64,000 nt of DNA from Candidatus Bathyarchaeota archaeon (GCA_963826715.1 CAWGYA010000008.1:320001-384000); one strand, 5' to 3'; shown: positions 28,918 through 39,800, numbered from the stretch's first letter. Translations and numbers: made by a program. The notes: generated by a model not told the origin, from the letters alone.

Positions 28918-31545
28918 CTACAAGTTACCACGGCGTATTTTAACAATTTCCATCCAAAAAGTTGCAGCAAACGCTACCACAACAATCATCAACCAACTCA
29001 TTATCTGCAAAGCAGTTATTTGCAGCGCCGTTTGAACAGCTGGAAGCGAAGTAGCTAATGCAAGAACAGTAACAACCACCAAAGCCCATAAAACCATAAC
29101 CTTATTCGAAAGAATCCCCTGCTTTAGCAAAGGCTGGCTTTCTGAGCGGAAATTAAGCGCTAAAAATATGTGCCCGAACATCCAAGTAGCAAACGCAACC
29201 GTTCTGGCATATATCGTTGCATCATTTACGCTCATCGTTACAATTGACGAGTAATAAGTAAACAGGTAGGTTACAGTCACAGCTATGAACAAGCCCAAGG
29301 CTCCTAAGAATATTGTACGCAACATCTGGTAGTTCATAAAGCGTTCCGCTGGGTTACTGGGTGGTTTCCGCATGGCACCACGTTCCTGAGGTTCAGCGAC
29401 AAATGTAGCCGATGCAGCAAGATCCATGAAAAGCTCTAGTACAATTATTTGGATAGGAGCAAAGGGTAGTGGAATCCCCAATAAGATAGGGACAAGAAAA
29501 ATAGAAACCAATGCAATTTTACAGGCGAGGTAGTAACGAACGCCTTTGCGCAGGTTACTGAAGAGTCGGCGACCTTCGCTGACAGCGGTTTTTATGGTAG
29601 CGAAGTTATCATCGACCAGGATCATGTCGGCCACCTCTTTGGCCACGTCAGTTCCGCGGATGCCCATGACAATTCCTATATGGGCTTCTTTTAGGGCTGG
29701 GGCATCATTTATGCCGTCGCCTGTAACCGCCACAATTTCTCCGCTTTCCCGAAGCAAACGCACTAGCCGTAGCTTATCCTCCGGCGTAACTCGCGCATAA
29801 ACAAAAGTGTTTTTGAAAGCATCCTTTATTTCACCGTTGGACATTGCAACAATTTCTGGTCCCGTCAAGACTTTACTACTATCAATTCCAACCTGCTTTG
29901 CAATCGCTATGGCGGTTTGGGGGTGGTCTCCAGTAATCATAAGCACTTTTATGCCTGCCCGCTGGCAGGTGATAATGGCCTCTCTAACTTCAGGGCGAGG
30001 AGGGTCCAAAAAACCGACTATTCCCACCAAAACCAAGTCCTGTTCCCAGAGTTCTTTATCAGAAACTTCTTCAGGTGACAGGCGGTGGTAACCGAAAGCA
30101 AGGAGACGCTCGCCAGCCTGAGCCATTTGACCTATAATATCAAAAATGGAACCTCGGAACTCATCTGTGAACGAAGTTTCATTCCCCTCCAAAAGCAACC
30201 GTGTTGATTTAGCCAGCACCTTCTCTGGCGCACCACTCGAAAGCACTACCAAAGACGTGCCGTATTGGTAAACATAAGAAGCCATCTTTCGCTCTACATC
30301 AAAACTTAATGCGTCCTTGAGCATCCAGCCCACTGAGAGGCTCTTTGAATCTCCGTTTGCTTCTTTAAGCAAGTCCAGAATAGCCATGGACATCGGATTG
30401 CCCAAGGTGTCGGTTTTGGAGTGAATGGCATCGCTAGCCAAAAAGGCTGTGCGTAGAGCAGCCCTTTCATTTTCTTTAAATTCGACTGAGCTCTGCACTT
30501 TCCCGTCGAAGTAGAGATGCTCAACCCGCATCTTGTTCTCCGTTAGGGTACCTGTTTTATCAGTCGCGATGACGGTAACGTTACCGAGTGTTTCTGCGGC
30601 GCGCAATCGCTTAACGATTACCCCTCTGCGCGAGAGGGCGTAGCTACCAACGCCAAGTACCATCGTAATAATTATGGGAAGTTCCTCTGGAATAACCACA
30701 AACGCCAACGACAGCCCATAAAGAACGGCTTCTCCGGGACTGGGCTGCAAACCGCGCACAAAACTGAGCACAGGAATTAGTACCGCAAAGAACAAAGCCA
30801 CCCACACCAAAGATTTGGAGAGTTGCTTCATAGCAAGCTGCAAATGTGTCTTGGGTTCCTTCGCCGCTATTGTGATTCCCGAGATTCTGCCGAGTTCCGT
30901 AGCCACACCCGTTTGGGTTACGAGTACTTTAGCTCTCCCCCTGGTGACAATAGTTCCCGTGAACACCATATTAGTTTGGTCGTTTATGCGTGTTTGGGCT
31001 GGTAAAACCATTTTGGCGTCTTTGACGACTGGGAACGACTCACCCGTCAGAGAGGACTCGTCAACTTCAAAGTCGAAAGCTTCCAGAATCCGAGCATCCG
31101 CAGGTACCCGTTGTCCAATATTTAAAAGTAAAATATCACCTGGAACGATTAACTTTGTTTGAACCTCCACAGACCGCCCGTCTCGAAGCACAATGGCAGT
31201 TGGTGGAGCAAGCTGTTTAAGTGCTGCAACTGATCTTTTGGCGCGATACTCATTCCAAACCTCAGCCAAAACGAGAAGGATTATTATGACTATTATAGTT
31301 GCAGCATCTTCTAAGCTGCCCAAAATGCTGTATAAGACACCAACTGCAACTAACAGCAAAATCATAGGCTCAGTAATTTCTTCCCGCAGAATGTCCAGAA
31401 AATGTATTTGCACCTGCTTAACCAACTCGTTATTGCCGTATCTAGCCGACCGAGTTGCTGCCTCAGATTCACTTAAGCCTTGTTCGGAGTTGGAACCCAA
31501 CGCAGAAACTGCTTTATCTGGTTGCTGGCTGTAGGGTTGACTCAT
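28918..31545 (-). CDS. Cation-transporting P-type ATPase (P2-like)
   Basis: LTGES, DKTGT, MITGD, GDGINDAPAL; M4 motif IPEELP. Confidence 0.95.
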   Translation of the reverse strand: MSQPYSQQPDKAVSALGSNSEQGLSESEAATRSARYGNNELVKQVQIHFLDILREEITEPMILLLVAVGVLYSILGSLEDAATIIVIIILLVLAEVWNEYRAKRSVAALKQLAPPTAIVLRDGRSVEVQTKLIVPGDILLLNIGQRVPADARILEAFDFEVDESSLTGESFPVVKDAKMVLPAQTRINDQTNMVFTGTIVTRGRAKVLVTQTGVATELGRISGITIAAKEPKTHLQLAMKQLSKSLVWVALFFAVLIPVLSFVRGLQPSPGEAVLYGLSLAFVVIPEELPIIITMVLGVGSYALSRRGVIVKRLRAAETLGNVTVIATDKTGTLTENKMRVEHLYFDGKVQSSVEFKENERAALRTAFLASDAIHSKTDTLGNPMSMAILDLLKEANGDSKSLSVGWMLKDALSFDVERKMASYVYQYGTSLVVLSSGAPEKVLAKSTRLLLEGNETSFTDEFRGSIFDIIGQMAQAGERLLAFGYHRLSPEEVSDKELWEQDLVLVGIVGFLDPPRPEVREAIITCQRAGIKVLMITGDHPQTAIAIAKQVGIDSSKVLTGPEIVAMSNGEIKDAFKNTFVYARVTPEDKLRLVRLLRESGEIVAVTGDGINDAPALKEAHIGIVMGIRGTDVAKEVADMILVDDNFATIKTAVSEGRRLFSNLRKGVRYYLACKIALVSIFLVPILLGIPLPFAPIQIIVLELFMDLAASATFVAEPQERGAMRKPPSNPAERFMNYQMLRTIFLGALGLFIAVTVTYLFTYYSSIVTMSVNDATIYARTVAFATWMFGHIFLALNFRSESQPLLKQGILSNKVMVLWALVVVTVLALATSLPAVQTALQITALQIMSWLMIVVVAFAATFWMEIVKIRRGNL

Positions 31546-31748
31546 CTGGACACCTAAACATTAGCTGAATGAATGGTAATTTGCGAAAGGAACACACCCT
31601 AAAAAGCTTGCGTCACCAATCAGCAGAATTTTCTTCTTTGGAAGTAGGTTTTCACCTGTTTCTGTTCATAGCTAACAGTTGTGGACAGTTATTTATGAGA
31701 GATGTTTATTTTTTCCTTTGCTCATTAAAAAACCAAGAAGGGTTAAAG

Positions 31749-32210
31749 ATGAGGTCAAGCACAAAAATAATGTGTATATTCATGGTCTGCTTAGTTTTGG
31801 CTCTTTCTTCCAACGCAGTTTGGGCCAATCCAACAATTAGCTTGAGTTGGTATAAGAACAACGGATTGGGTATAGGAAATAATATTGGCGGCCAATGGAC
31901 AATCACCGCGCAGGTTTCATATGACGTAACATATGTGGAGTTTTACCTCGATAATCAACTTCAACAAAACGCAACAACAACCCCATATAGCTGGTCATTT
32001 AACACAGCAGACTACACAAACGGCATTCACACAATCAAATCAGTCGCCTACAATACTGCTGGCGAAACCGCAACAGCAGAGGTAGACCGTAACTTTGTTG
32101 AGTACTCAACAAATCTTCTGTTCATCATATTAGGTGTTATTGTTGCTGTAGTTGCAATATCACTTGTGGTTGCGCTCTACTGGGTAAGAAAAAAGGGTTC
32201 AAAAAAATAA
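31749..32210 (+). CDS. Secreted Ig-like domain protein with a C-terminal membrane anchor
   Basis: Signal peptide, VEFYLD...PYSWSFNT...G.HTIK.VAY, C-terminal TM segment followed by RKK. Confidence 0.82.
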   Translation: MRSSTKIMCIFMVCLVLALSSNAVWANPTISLSWYKNNGLGIGNNIGGQWTITAQVSYDVTYVEFYLDNQLQQNATTTPYSWSFNTADYTNGIHTIKSVAYNTAGETATAEVDRNFVEYSTNLLFIILGVIVAVVAISLVVALYWVRKKGSKK

Positions 32211-32214
32211 GCAG

Positions 32215-33447
32215 CTAAATTTTCTTTGTCCGGACTGCGTTCTCTAAGGCTAAAACACCCGGAAGCTTTTTGCCCATCAAAAACTCGATGAGAGCCCCCC
32301 CAGCAGTGCTGATATAACTAATTTTACTGGTTAACCCATATTCTTGGATGGCGGCTATGGTGTTTCCACCACCTGCTAAACTGAAGGCTGTACTATCGGC
32401 TACGGCCTCCAAGACTGCTTTGGTACCATAACAGAATTCTGGGCTTTCATAAACACCCATGGGACCACTTACAACAACGGATTTGGCTTTAGCAATGATA
32501 TCAGCATAGTTAGAGGCGGTCTGGTAACCTATATCGTAAATTTGATAGTCGGTGGGTAAGATACTAATTGTTACATCTTTGCGTTTATCTCCAAAGTTTA
32601 ACGCAACGTCCACTGGAACAACTATTTTGTCTCCGAACTCTGTCATCAATGACTTGATACCATCCACAAATTGTAGGAGTTCTTTTTTGGCTAAAAACTC
32701 CATTGCTGGTTTTCCTAAGCTAACGCCCTTAGCTGCCAAAAACAACTGAGAAGTTACGCCCCCAACTAAGATGTAGTCAGCTACACCATTACTAAGCACA
32801 TATTTGCTGATTTCTAGGCTATCGTCAGCTTTGGCGCCCCCCATAACATAAACACAAGGATGCTCAGGGGTTTCAATAATTTTGCTAAGCGAAACCAATT
32901 CTCGTTGCATAATACGTCCCGCTGCTGAGGGCAAAACAGCTGTGAAACCCACCATCGACACATGTCCACGATGAGCAACAGAGAAAGCATCAGAAACAAA
33001 TAGATCTGCAAGGGGAGCCAGACCCTGCACCAATTGGGTTTTAGATTGTTGCTCAGGGGTACCGCTTTTGGTCTCTGCAGCCCAACTGCGCACGTTTTTC
33101 AACACCAAAATTTCGCCATTTTGAAGATTCTTGATAGCGTCTTTGGCTTTGTCCCCGAATAAATCGTCAACGTACTTCACCGGACACTTAACGATGCCCT
33201 GGAGGACTTTTACGTGACTCTCTAGGTTAGTGTAGTCAGGGTCACCTTTGCGTCCCTGATGCGCAATAACAACCACTCTGGCGCCTCTCTCGGCTAATTC
33301 AGTGAGAGTTGATTCTGCGTGAACGCGGATGCGCACGTCACTTGCGACTTTTTGGGTTTGTGGATCGATTTCTGAGTTAAAATCTACTCTGACGATAACA
33401 GTTTTATTTTTTACCTCAAAATCGTCGATAGTTTTGTATTTCAGCAT
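32215..33447 (-). CDS. pgk: Phosphoglycerate kinase
   Basis: RVDFN, AHQGR, DAFSVAHR, GGAK, GPMGVYE, STAGGA. Confidence 0.96.
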   Translation of the reverse strand: MLKYKTIDDFEVKNKTVIVRVDFNSEIDPQTQKVASDVRIRVHAESTLTELAERGARVVVIAHQGRKGDPDYTNLESHVKVLQGIVKCPVKYVDDLFGDKAKDAIKNLQNGEILVLKNVRSWAAETKSGTPEQQSKTQLVQGLAPLADLFVSDAFSVAHRGHVSMVGFTAVLPSAAGRIMQRELVSLSKIIETPEHPCVYVMGGAKADDSLEISKYVLSNGVADYILVGGVTSQLFLAAKGVSLGKPAMEFLAKKELLQFVDGIKSLMTEFGDKIVVPVDVALNFGDKRKDVTISILPTDYQIYDIGYQTASNYADIIAKAKSVVVSGPMGVYESPEFCYGTKAVLEAVADSTAFSLAGGGNTIAAIQEYGLTSKISYISTAGGALIEFLMGKKLPGVLALENAVRTKKI

Positions 33448-33509
33448 TCTTACTCACTCATCAAGTTAGCAACTGAACAAAAAAGAAAAGAATATTAAAA
33501 GTTTGCTTG

Positions 33510-34547
33510 TTAAACCAAACCTGCTTTTTTCCCGACAAGTTCAATGAAGTCAACCATACGGTTACTAAAGCCCCACTCGTTATCATACCACGAGAAGACC
33601 TTAACGAAATTGCTTTTCGCACCCAAAACCATAGTTAAGCCCGCATCGAAAACGCTGCTATAAGTACTGTGCAAAACGTCTGTGCTGACGATAGGGTCTT
33701 CGGTGTATTGTAGGATGCCTTTGAGTTCGCCTTCAGCTGCTTTCTTCATAACATCATTGATTTCCTGTTTGGTAACTTCTTTGCCCAAAACAGCAGTCAA
33801 ATCCACGATGGACACATCTGGGGTTGGAACACGTAAAGAGATACCGTTCATTTTTCCTGAGCACCCAGGCAGCACTTCCCCAATGGCTTTAGCTGCACCA
33901 GTACTAGTTGGAATAATGTTAATCGCCGCTGAGCGTGCACGACGCAAGTCTTTATGCACCGTGTCCAAAATTCTTTGGTCATTAGTATAACTGTGGCAGG
34001 TGGTCATAAAGGCTTTTTCAAGTCCAAAGTTATCGGCAAGAACCTTACTGATTGGGGCAAGAGCATTTGTGGTGCAACTTGCATTGGATAGAATATTATC
34101 TTTTTGTGGGTCATATGTACTGTCGTTTACCCCTAAAACTATGGTTTTATCGGGTTCTTTTGCAGGTGCAGAAATGAGAACTTTTTGTGCTCCAGCCACC
34201 ATATGTTTGGATGCACCTTCGCGGTTAGTAAATAACCCAGTGCTTTCAACGGCGAGGTAAACCCCAAGTTGTTTCCAGGGCAGGTTCGCAGGGTCTCTTT
34301 CTTGGATACATTTGAGCATTTTGCCGTTAACGACAAGGTCATTACCTCGATCTTCCACAGTACCCGGAAAGCGCCCATGCACGGAGTCATATTTAAGCAG
34401 AGTTGCGTTTGTTTTTGCGTCTGCTAAATCGTTCACTGCAACAAAGTCTATGTTAGCGTTTTTTTCAATGGCTGCTCGGTAAATGAGTCTACCGATTCGT
34501 CCAAAACCGTTTATTCCAACTTTTATCGCCATAAACTGTTTCACCAA
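33510..34547 (-). CDS. gap: Glyceraldehyde-3-phosphate dehydrogenase, class I (bacterial type)
   Basis: [38 protein letters not shown]. Confidence 0.97.
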   Translation of the reverse strand: MVKQFMAIKVGINGFGRIGRLIYRAAIEKNANIDFVAVNDLADAKTNATLLKYDSVHGRFPGTVEDRGNDLVVNGKMLKCIQERDPANLPWKQLGVYLAVESTGLFTNREGASKHMVAGAQKVLISAPAKEPDKTIVLGVNDSTYDPQKDNILSNASCTTNALAPISKVLADNFGLEKAFMTTCHSYTNDQRILDTVHKDLRRARSAAINIIPTSTGAAKAIGEVLPGCSGKMNGISLRVPTPDVSIVDLTAVLGKEVTKQEINDVMKKAAEGELKGILQYTEDPIVSTDVLHSTYSSVFDAGLTMVLGAKSNFVKVFSWYDNEWGFSNRMVDFIELVGKKAGLV

Positions 34548-34654
34548 TGTTTGAGTTCTAAAATCGAATCAAAGTTAATTAATTTTCCGTCAATCAGAAA
34601 AACTGACGTTTATTTAACATATTGAGACTATGTAAAATAAAAAATTAAATTTGC

Positions 34655-35230
34655 TTATTCATGAAACACGGGTACACCTGCGAATTTAGCGAGTTCCAAA
34701 TATCTCTTCTCAACCATACATCGCAGTAACTGTCTCAACTCATCACCTTGAGCGTTTCTCTGCTTAAGCAAAACGACTTTTTTGACTAGTTCCTCATCAC
34801 CAAGCCCCCTAAACCATGCTTCGAAATCTCCGCGTCCAATGTGAAACTCTAAAGTATCATTTTCTACCTTGTCGATTTTAGATACAAAGTCACGAAGGTT
34901 ATGTGCATGGATACTAAGAGGTTTGTCTACAGAAGCGTAAAAATGAAAGGCTTTGTCATGCGCCGCATAAGTGAGAATTGTTGCTGCCTTATCTTTGGAT
35001 GTTTCCGCAATTCCCAACGCTCGTTTTCCCAATTGCGTTATTAAATAGAGCCCTTTTTGCGGGGAAGATACATACCCCATTTTTGTGAGCCCCAACAGGT
35101 GCATCATAACGGGTTGGAACTCTTTTTTGGCTGCTTTTGCGATATCCATAGCTTTCTTCGGTGTCTCGCACAAAAGCATAGACTCAAGAATTTCTTGTTT
35201 AACACTTGATAAACTCAATCTGTGCACCAT
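34655..35230 (-). CDS. wHTH + DUF5752 domain protein
   Basis: N-terminal wHTH (Y.IT.LG); C-terminal F.FY...A..L.DF...FH..RGDFEAW. Confidence 0.75.
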   Translation of the reverse strand: MVHRLSLSSVKQEILESMLLCETPKKAMDIAKAAKKEFQPVMMHLLGLTKMGYVSSPQKGLYLITQLGKRALGIAETSKDKAATILTYAAHDKAFHFYASVDKPLSIHAHNLRDFVSKIDKVENDTLEFHIGRGDFEAWFRGLGDEELVKKVVLLKQRNAQGDELRQLLRCMVEKRYLELAKFAGVPVFHE

Positions 35231-35381
35231 TCTCTATCAATGCTATTGTGGCTAATCAAACTTTTCCCTATGAAACAATTAGAAACAATGAATCAATAGC
35301 CAGAAATCGCATTTCCTTCTGTTAGGCAAAGCTTTAGTATCGTGGCTCCTACTCCTAAATGAAAAACTGGTGACATAAAAG

Positions 35382-36632
35382 ATGAAAATTGCCGTTTTTG
35401 TTTATGAGTATCCTCCAAAAATCGTGGGGGGACTTGGCACCTACGCCGCTGAAATCACACGCAAATTCGTCTTAAACGACCATGACGTAACAGTTTTCAC
35501 AATGAACGATGACGCAGGCTCTTTACCCACTCGCGAAATCTGGCGCGGGATAGAAATCCACCGACCTCTTCACATAGATGTCTCCGATTCACTACCGGAC
35601 GTAATTGCCGAAGACATTCGTAAATGGGGCAGGGGCATCCACCTTTTTGGCAAACTTATGGTTTATAATTATCTATCCGCAGCCAAACTCGTTAATGAAC
35701 TAATTAAACGAGAAGGCATGAAATACGATGTCGTGGTAGCACATGACTGGCTTTCTGCGATGGGCGGCATAACAGTGAAGCGTGAAACTGGAATGCCTTT
35801 TGCCTTCCACGTTCACTCCACTGAAAAGGGACGAACAATGGGTAACGGCTCAGGCGTTGTGAGCAACATAGAGTTAAGAGCCGGGAAAATGGCAGACATG
35901 GTGGTCACCGTTTCCTATGCCATGAAAGATGAATTAATAGGTTTAGGCTTCCCAAAAGAGAAGATTCAAGTCAGTTACAACGGCGTGGACCCACAGAAGT
36001 ATGATCCGCAAAATATATCCAAAGATGACATCAAACGTATCCGCAACAAATATGGAATAAAAGATGATGAACAGATGATCCTGTTTCTAGGCAGATTAGT
36101 AGGTGTGAAAGGTGTCGACAAACTAATTATGGCTATGCCCCACATCCTCCCAAAACTACCTAAAGCAAAACTGGTAATCGTCGGCGTCGGCGACCTCCAG
36201 GAATACCTTTCAAACCTCACCCGCACAATACGCCTTGATGAATATGTCAAATTCTGTTTTGACTTCATCCCCGAAGAAGAACGCATCCTCCACTACGCCG
36301 CCTGCGACATAGCAGTTTTCCCAAGCTTCTATGAACCCTTCGGCATTGTAGCACTGGAAGCAATGAGCATGGAAAAACCAGTGGTTGTAGGTGCAGCAGG
36401 CGTGAGCGGCATGCGTGAAATCGTCATATGCTGTGGACCTGAACAATGCGGCTTTCATGTCGACCCCAACAACCCCAGTGACATCGCATGGGGTGTCATC
36501 TCTGCTCTAGAGACCCCCGAAAAAACTAAAATGTTGGGCAAAAATGGGCGCAAAAGAGTGCTAGCAGAATTTACATGGAGCAAAATCGCCAAAAAAACCA
36601 TGGACCTATACCAAACCATTGCAAAACGGTAA
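35382..36632 (+). CDS. GT4 glycosyltransferase (alpha-glucan synthase-like)
   Basis: EYPPKIVGGLG, AHDW, HSTE.GR, GRL..KG, PSFYEPFGIVALEAM. Confidence 0.92.
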   Translation: MKIAVFVYEYPPKIVGGLGTYAAEITRKFVLNDHDVTVFTMNDDAGSLPTREIWRGIEIHRPLHIDVSDSLPDVIAEDIRKWGRGIHLFGKLMVYNYLSAAKLVNELIKREGMKYDVVVAHDWLSAMGGITVKRETGMPFAFHVHSTEKGRTMGNGSGVVSNIELRAGKMADMVVTVSYAMKDELIGLGFPKEKIQVSYNGVDPQKYDPQNISKDDIKRIRNKYGIKDDEQMILFLGRLVGVKGVDKLIMAMPHILPKLPKAKLVIVGVGDLQEYLSNLTRTIRLDEYVKFCFDFIPEEERILHYAACDIAVFPSFYEPFGIVALEAMSMEKPVVVGAAGVSGMREIVICCGPEQCGFHVDPNNPSDIAWGVISALETPEKTKMLGKNGRKRVLAEFTWSKIAKKTMDLYQTIAKR

Positions 36633-37260
36633 GCGGACTTTGTCCAACAACAGTGACTTGAAACAGTTGGTCGCAAGAGAAGCCGCTACACTCTTATATT
36701 TTGGAGGTGAAAAAGAGTTCAAACAAGCAAAGATACATGCTGCAGAGACCTTGGGCAGCCATTTTTTACCTTCGAATCTTGAAGTGGCACTAGAGTTGGA
36801 CAAAATAACTGAGGAGAACGAAGGAGAAACGCGTAAAACAAGGCTCGTTGAAATGCGTAAGGAAGCACTTCATGTGATGCGATTGCTAGAAAAATTCTAC
36901 CCAGTTTTAATAGGTAGTGTCTGGCGAGGCACCATAAAACACGATAGCGATATAGACATAGCCATTTACACAGACACTCCGCAAGAAGTCCTGGAAACAC
37001 TCAAGGGCGGTAAATTGAAAGTACTCAAATCGGTTTGGACTTCAATTAATAAACGCGGAGACACTCTATCTTCTTACCACATCTATGCGCAAACAGACAC
37101 AGGATATGAACTTGAAATTGTGGCTCGTGCTCAAGAGGAAGCTAACAAGAAACGACGCTGCGAAGTGTTCGGAGATGACCTCCGCGGGTTAAACATTCAT
37201 GAACTCGAAAAAGTGCTTAAGAAATATCCAACACAACAATTCATCCCCAGCAATTCATAA
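36619..37260 (+). CDS. Pol-beta-like nucleotidyltransferase domain protein
   Basis: LIGSVWRG.....SDIDI motif. Confidence 0.82.
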   Translation: MQNGKRTLSNNSDLKQLVAREAATLLYFGGEKEFKQAKIHAAETLGSHFLPSNLEVALELDKITEENEGETRKTRLVEMRKEALHVMRLLEKFYPVLIGSVWRGTIKHDSDIDIAIYTDTPQEVLETLKGGKLKVLKSVWTSINKRGDTLSSYHIYAQTDTGYELEIVARAQEEANKKRRCEVFGDDLRGLNIHELEKVLKKYPTQQFIPSNS

Positions 37261-37325
37261 AAAATCGCGACTAAGCATCAAAAAAGGACTTAAACTACCT
37301 AAATCATAGACTCAGTTGATGCCCC

Positions 37326-37730
37326 ATGGAAAAGAAAGACCTCAAGAAAATGTTTCCCCACCTCTATGAAGAACTTGAAGAAGGCGAAGTTAAAGTTCCA
37401 ATTGATGCAGTACGCAAAAACGCCGCCGAAGCTGAAAGCGAATTTAATGATGAATGCGGATGCGATGAGCAAGTCGAGGCAGAGAGAGAAGTTGCAGAGT
37501 GCATCGAACCGGATAAGCTACGGCACTTCAATCCGCAAGCCCTAGATTTTCTACGCCGTTGCGATACCAATGCTCAAGCCGAAGAGATTATCACATATCT
37601 AGAAGGAAAAGGTGAAATAACCAAAGACTACGCCCACGAACTTCGATGCCAACTCGTTCGAGACGGTGTCCGCAGTTTCGGACCTAAAAAAGAAGAATAC
37701 CACTACTTCAAAGAAGGCGGGATCTACTGA
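37326..37730 (+). CDS. DUF2095 family protein
   Basis: FPHL..EL, P..LDFLRRCDT..QAEEII.YLE..GEI, GVRSFG.KK. Confidence 0.85.
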   Translation: MEKKDLKKMFPHLYEELEEGEVKVPIDAVRKNAAEAESEFNDECGCDEQVEAEREVAECIEPDKLRHFNPQALDFLRRCDTNAQAEEIITYLEGKGEITKDYAHELRCQLVRDGVRSFGPKKEEYHYFKEGGIY

Positions 37731-37757
37731 ATAAAACAAAAAAAGAAATAATATGGG

Positions 37758-38744
37758 TCAAGTTATTTGACTGTATATAGGGTGCTCTTTGAATTTGAGG
37801 ATTGTCTGTGACCACTCGATAGTTCCGCTGGGCAATCGTGTACATATCGACTGAACTTTTGCTCCGACACCCGAAATGAATCTCACGCCATCAAGCATTT
37901 CACCTTTGGTGATCCCTGAGGCAGCAAAAATCATTTCATTACCTTTAGCCAGTTCTTTTTCAGTATAGGTTTTGTTTATTTCTACACCTGCAGCTTCCAG
38001 CCGTTTCATTCGGTTTTCATCGTCTTTTTTGTCCTTCCAAACCTTCACCAGCATTGTACCGCCTAAGCATTTCACAGCAGTGGCTGCGATCGTGGCTTCA
38101 GCACCTGCACCCGCCCCTAAAAGCAAGTCAACACCTGAATCTGGCAAGCAGGTAACGATTGACCCTGCAATATCCCCGTCAGTGATCAAAATAATTCGAA
38201 CACCCATCTTTCTAAGTCTTTTTAGCAAATCATCATGTCGAGGGCGTTCAAGCATGATGACAGTGAAATTCGCCAGGGGTCTTTTTTTAAGGGTCGCTAC
38301 AGTGGTAACGATTTCTTCTATCGACATATCAAGGTTGATTTTACCTTTGGCTACGCCATTAGTTGCAACTTTGAAGTAATAACCATCATCAGGCAGCACC
38401 TGAAGACAACCCGCTGGAGCGCATGCAAGGGCAGAAATGGCGTCTTTTTTGCCTTTACTGGTAGCGGTCGTTCCGTCCACTTGGTCAATAACGAATTCGA
38501 CTTTGGGGCCGTTACCGGTACCGACTTTTTCTCGGTTGTTAAAAGCGGGAGCGTTGTCCTTTGGTCCTTCGCAGCAAATAACTTCGCCATCAATTTCCAT
38601 TTGGTTCATTACAGCACGAGAGAAATCCAGTGCGGTTTGGTCCACCATATCGGGATCACCTTTACCAATGTGAAGGGCTGCTCCCACTGCACCTGCAGTG
38701 GTTATTCGAATTAAGGATGGTCCTAGAGAGCGTAAAGAGGTCAT
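37758..38744 (-). CDS. glpX: Fructose-1,6-bisphosphatase class II
   Basis: EG.KD.AP, D.VDGTT, L.RPRH, ITDGD, FAASGIT.G.MLDGV; probable ATG start at 38744. Confidence 0.9.
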   Translation of the reverse strand: MTSLRSLGPSLIRITTAGAVGAALHIGKGDPDMVDQTALDFSRAVMNQMEIDGEVICCEGPKDNAPAFNNREKVGTGNGPKVEFVIDQVDGTTATSKGKKDAISALACAPAGCLQVLPDDGYYFKVATNGVAKGKINLDMSIEEIVTTVATLKKRPLANFTVIMLERPRHDDLLKRLRKMGVRIILITDGDIAGSIVTCLPDSGVDLLLGAGAGAEATIAATAVKCLGGTMLVKVWKDKKDDENRMKRLEAAGVEINKTYTEKELAKGNEMIFAASGITKGEMLDGVRFISGVGAKVQSICTRLPSGTIEWSQTILKFKEHPIYSQIT

Positions 38745-38749
38745 GTCTT

Positions 38750-39670
38750 TCACTTTTTCCTCTCGTTTTGCCAAAGCTCAACGAATTCAATGTAGTTCTG
38801 AGCGATCTTCTCAACTGCACTGTTGCGGTCAATCTGTCCGGCACGGTATTCAACCAGCGGATTCCAGAATATTGTACGCCCTACTGCAAAACCGATTATC
38901 CCAGGAATTTTTGCGCCAACGCTGAGCCATTCTTTAACTTTATCTTTTGACTCTCCACGACCAAGCGTAATAACACCCACTTTGCGTCCACCCGCCTGAG
39001 CCTGCTTAACAATAGCAACAGCATCTTCAGCTTTATCAACGCCTTCCAACTTCCAAATCTCAGGTTCCACGCCACCATCCTGAATCTGCTTTAGGCTAAC
39101 ACACATAAGTTTGGGTCTCAGTTGGCTATCGTAATCTGCTTTGGAACCCACCTGATCCAACTGCTTGGGTGTCGCAGGGACAATAAGTTCAAAGAGAAAT
39201 GGTCTACCTGTTTTATGGAGATAAACACTAAGTTTTTTTAGCCTCTCTAGTTGAGACTGGTTTAACGCTGAGTCACCCTCAGGGTTATAACGCACCAATA
39301 CTTTGAGAAAAGTTGGGGCGAAGTCTTCTATGTGCTCTGTAAATTTGTCCCCGTACTCAAAATCAAACTCTTCTTGACCTGACTTTTCCGCGGGCATCGC
39401 AAAATTAAAACCTTCGTTTTTGGCTTCGCGCAGTACACTTGCGCCAAATTCTTCATCAACCAACAAGCCCGCAATTTCTTTAGGAACCTTTTTTTGAAGC
39501 GCCAGTTTAAAGCCATCAAAAATTATTCTTTTTGCTTCTTCAATATGATGCTTTTCTTCTGCTGTTGGAGGACGCCCTTTGATTCCGAAGAGTTTTTCAA
39601 TAAAAGATGCACGATGATCAAACGCTAAAATCAATAAGTCTTTTTTAGACCAGTCAGTCAACATTTTCAC
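38750..39670 (-). CDS. DUF2090 / LacD-like class I aldolase
   Basis: LAFDHR, LVDEEFG, EKSGQ.EF.FEYG, KVLVRYNP, WKLEG (Schiff-base Lys), LGRG, GFAVGRTIF. Confidence 0.85.
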   Translation of the reverse strand: MKMLTDWSKKDLLILAFDHRASFIEKLFGIKGRPPTAEEKHHIEEAKRIIFDGFKLALQKKVPKEIAGLLVDEEFGASVLREAKNEGFNFAMPAEKSGQEEFDFEYGDKFTEHIEDFAPTFLKVLVRYNPEGDSALNQSQLERLKKLSVYLHKTGRPFLFELIVPATPKQLDQVGSKADYDSQLRPKLMCVSLKQIQDGGVEPEIWKLEGVDKAEDAVAIVKQAQAGGRKVGVITLGRGESKDKVKEWLSVGAKIPGIIGFAVGRTIFWNPLVEYRAGQIDRNSAVEKIAQNYIEFVELWQNERKK

Positions 39671-39800
39671 CGACCAGTTATCTTGTTTTACTCTAATAAA
39701 TCGTTATTGCTTGACCCAATTATAGCTAAGCAAAGTTCATGGGTTTACAGAAACTGTGAAATAACTAAAGCCTACATATGACTTCTTTGAGGAAAAAAAG

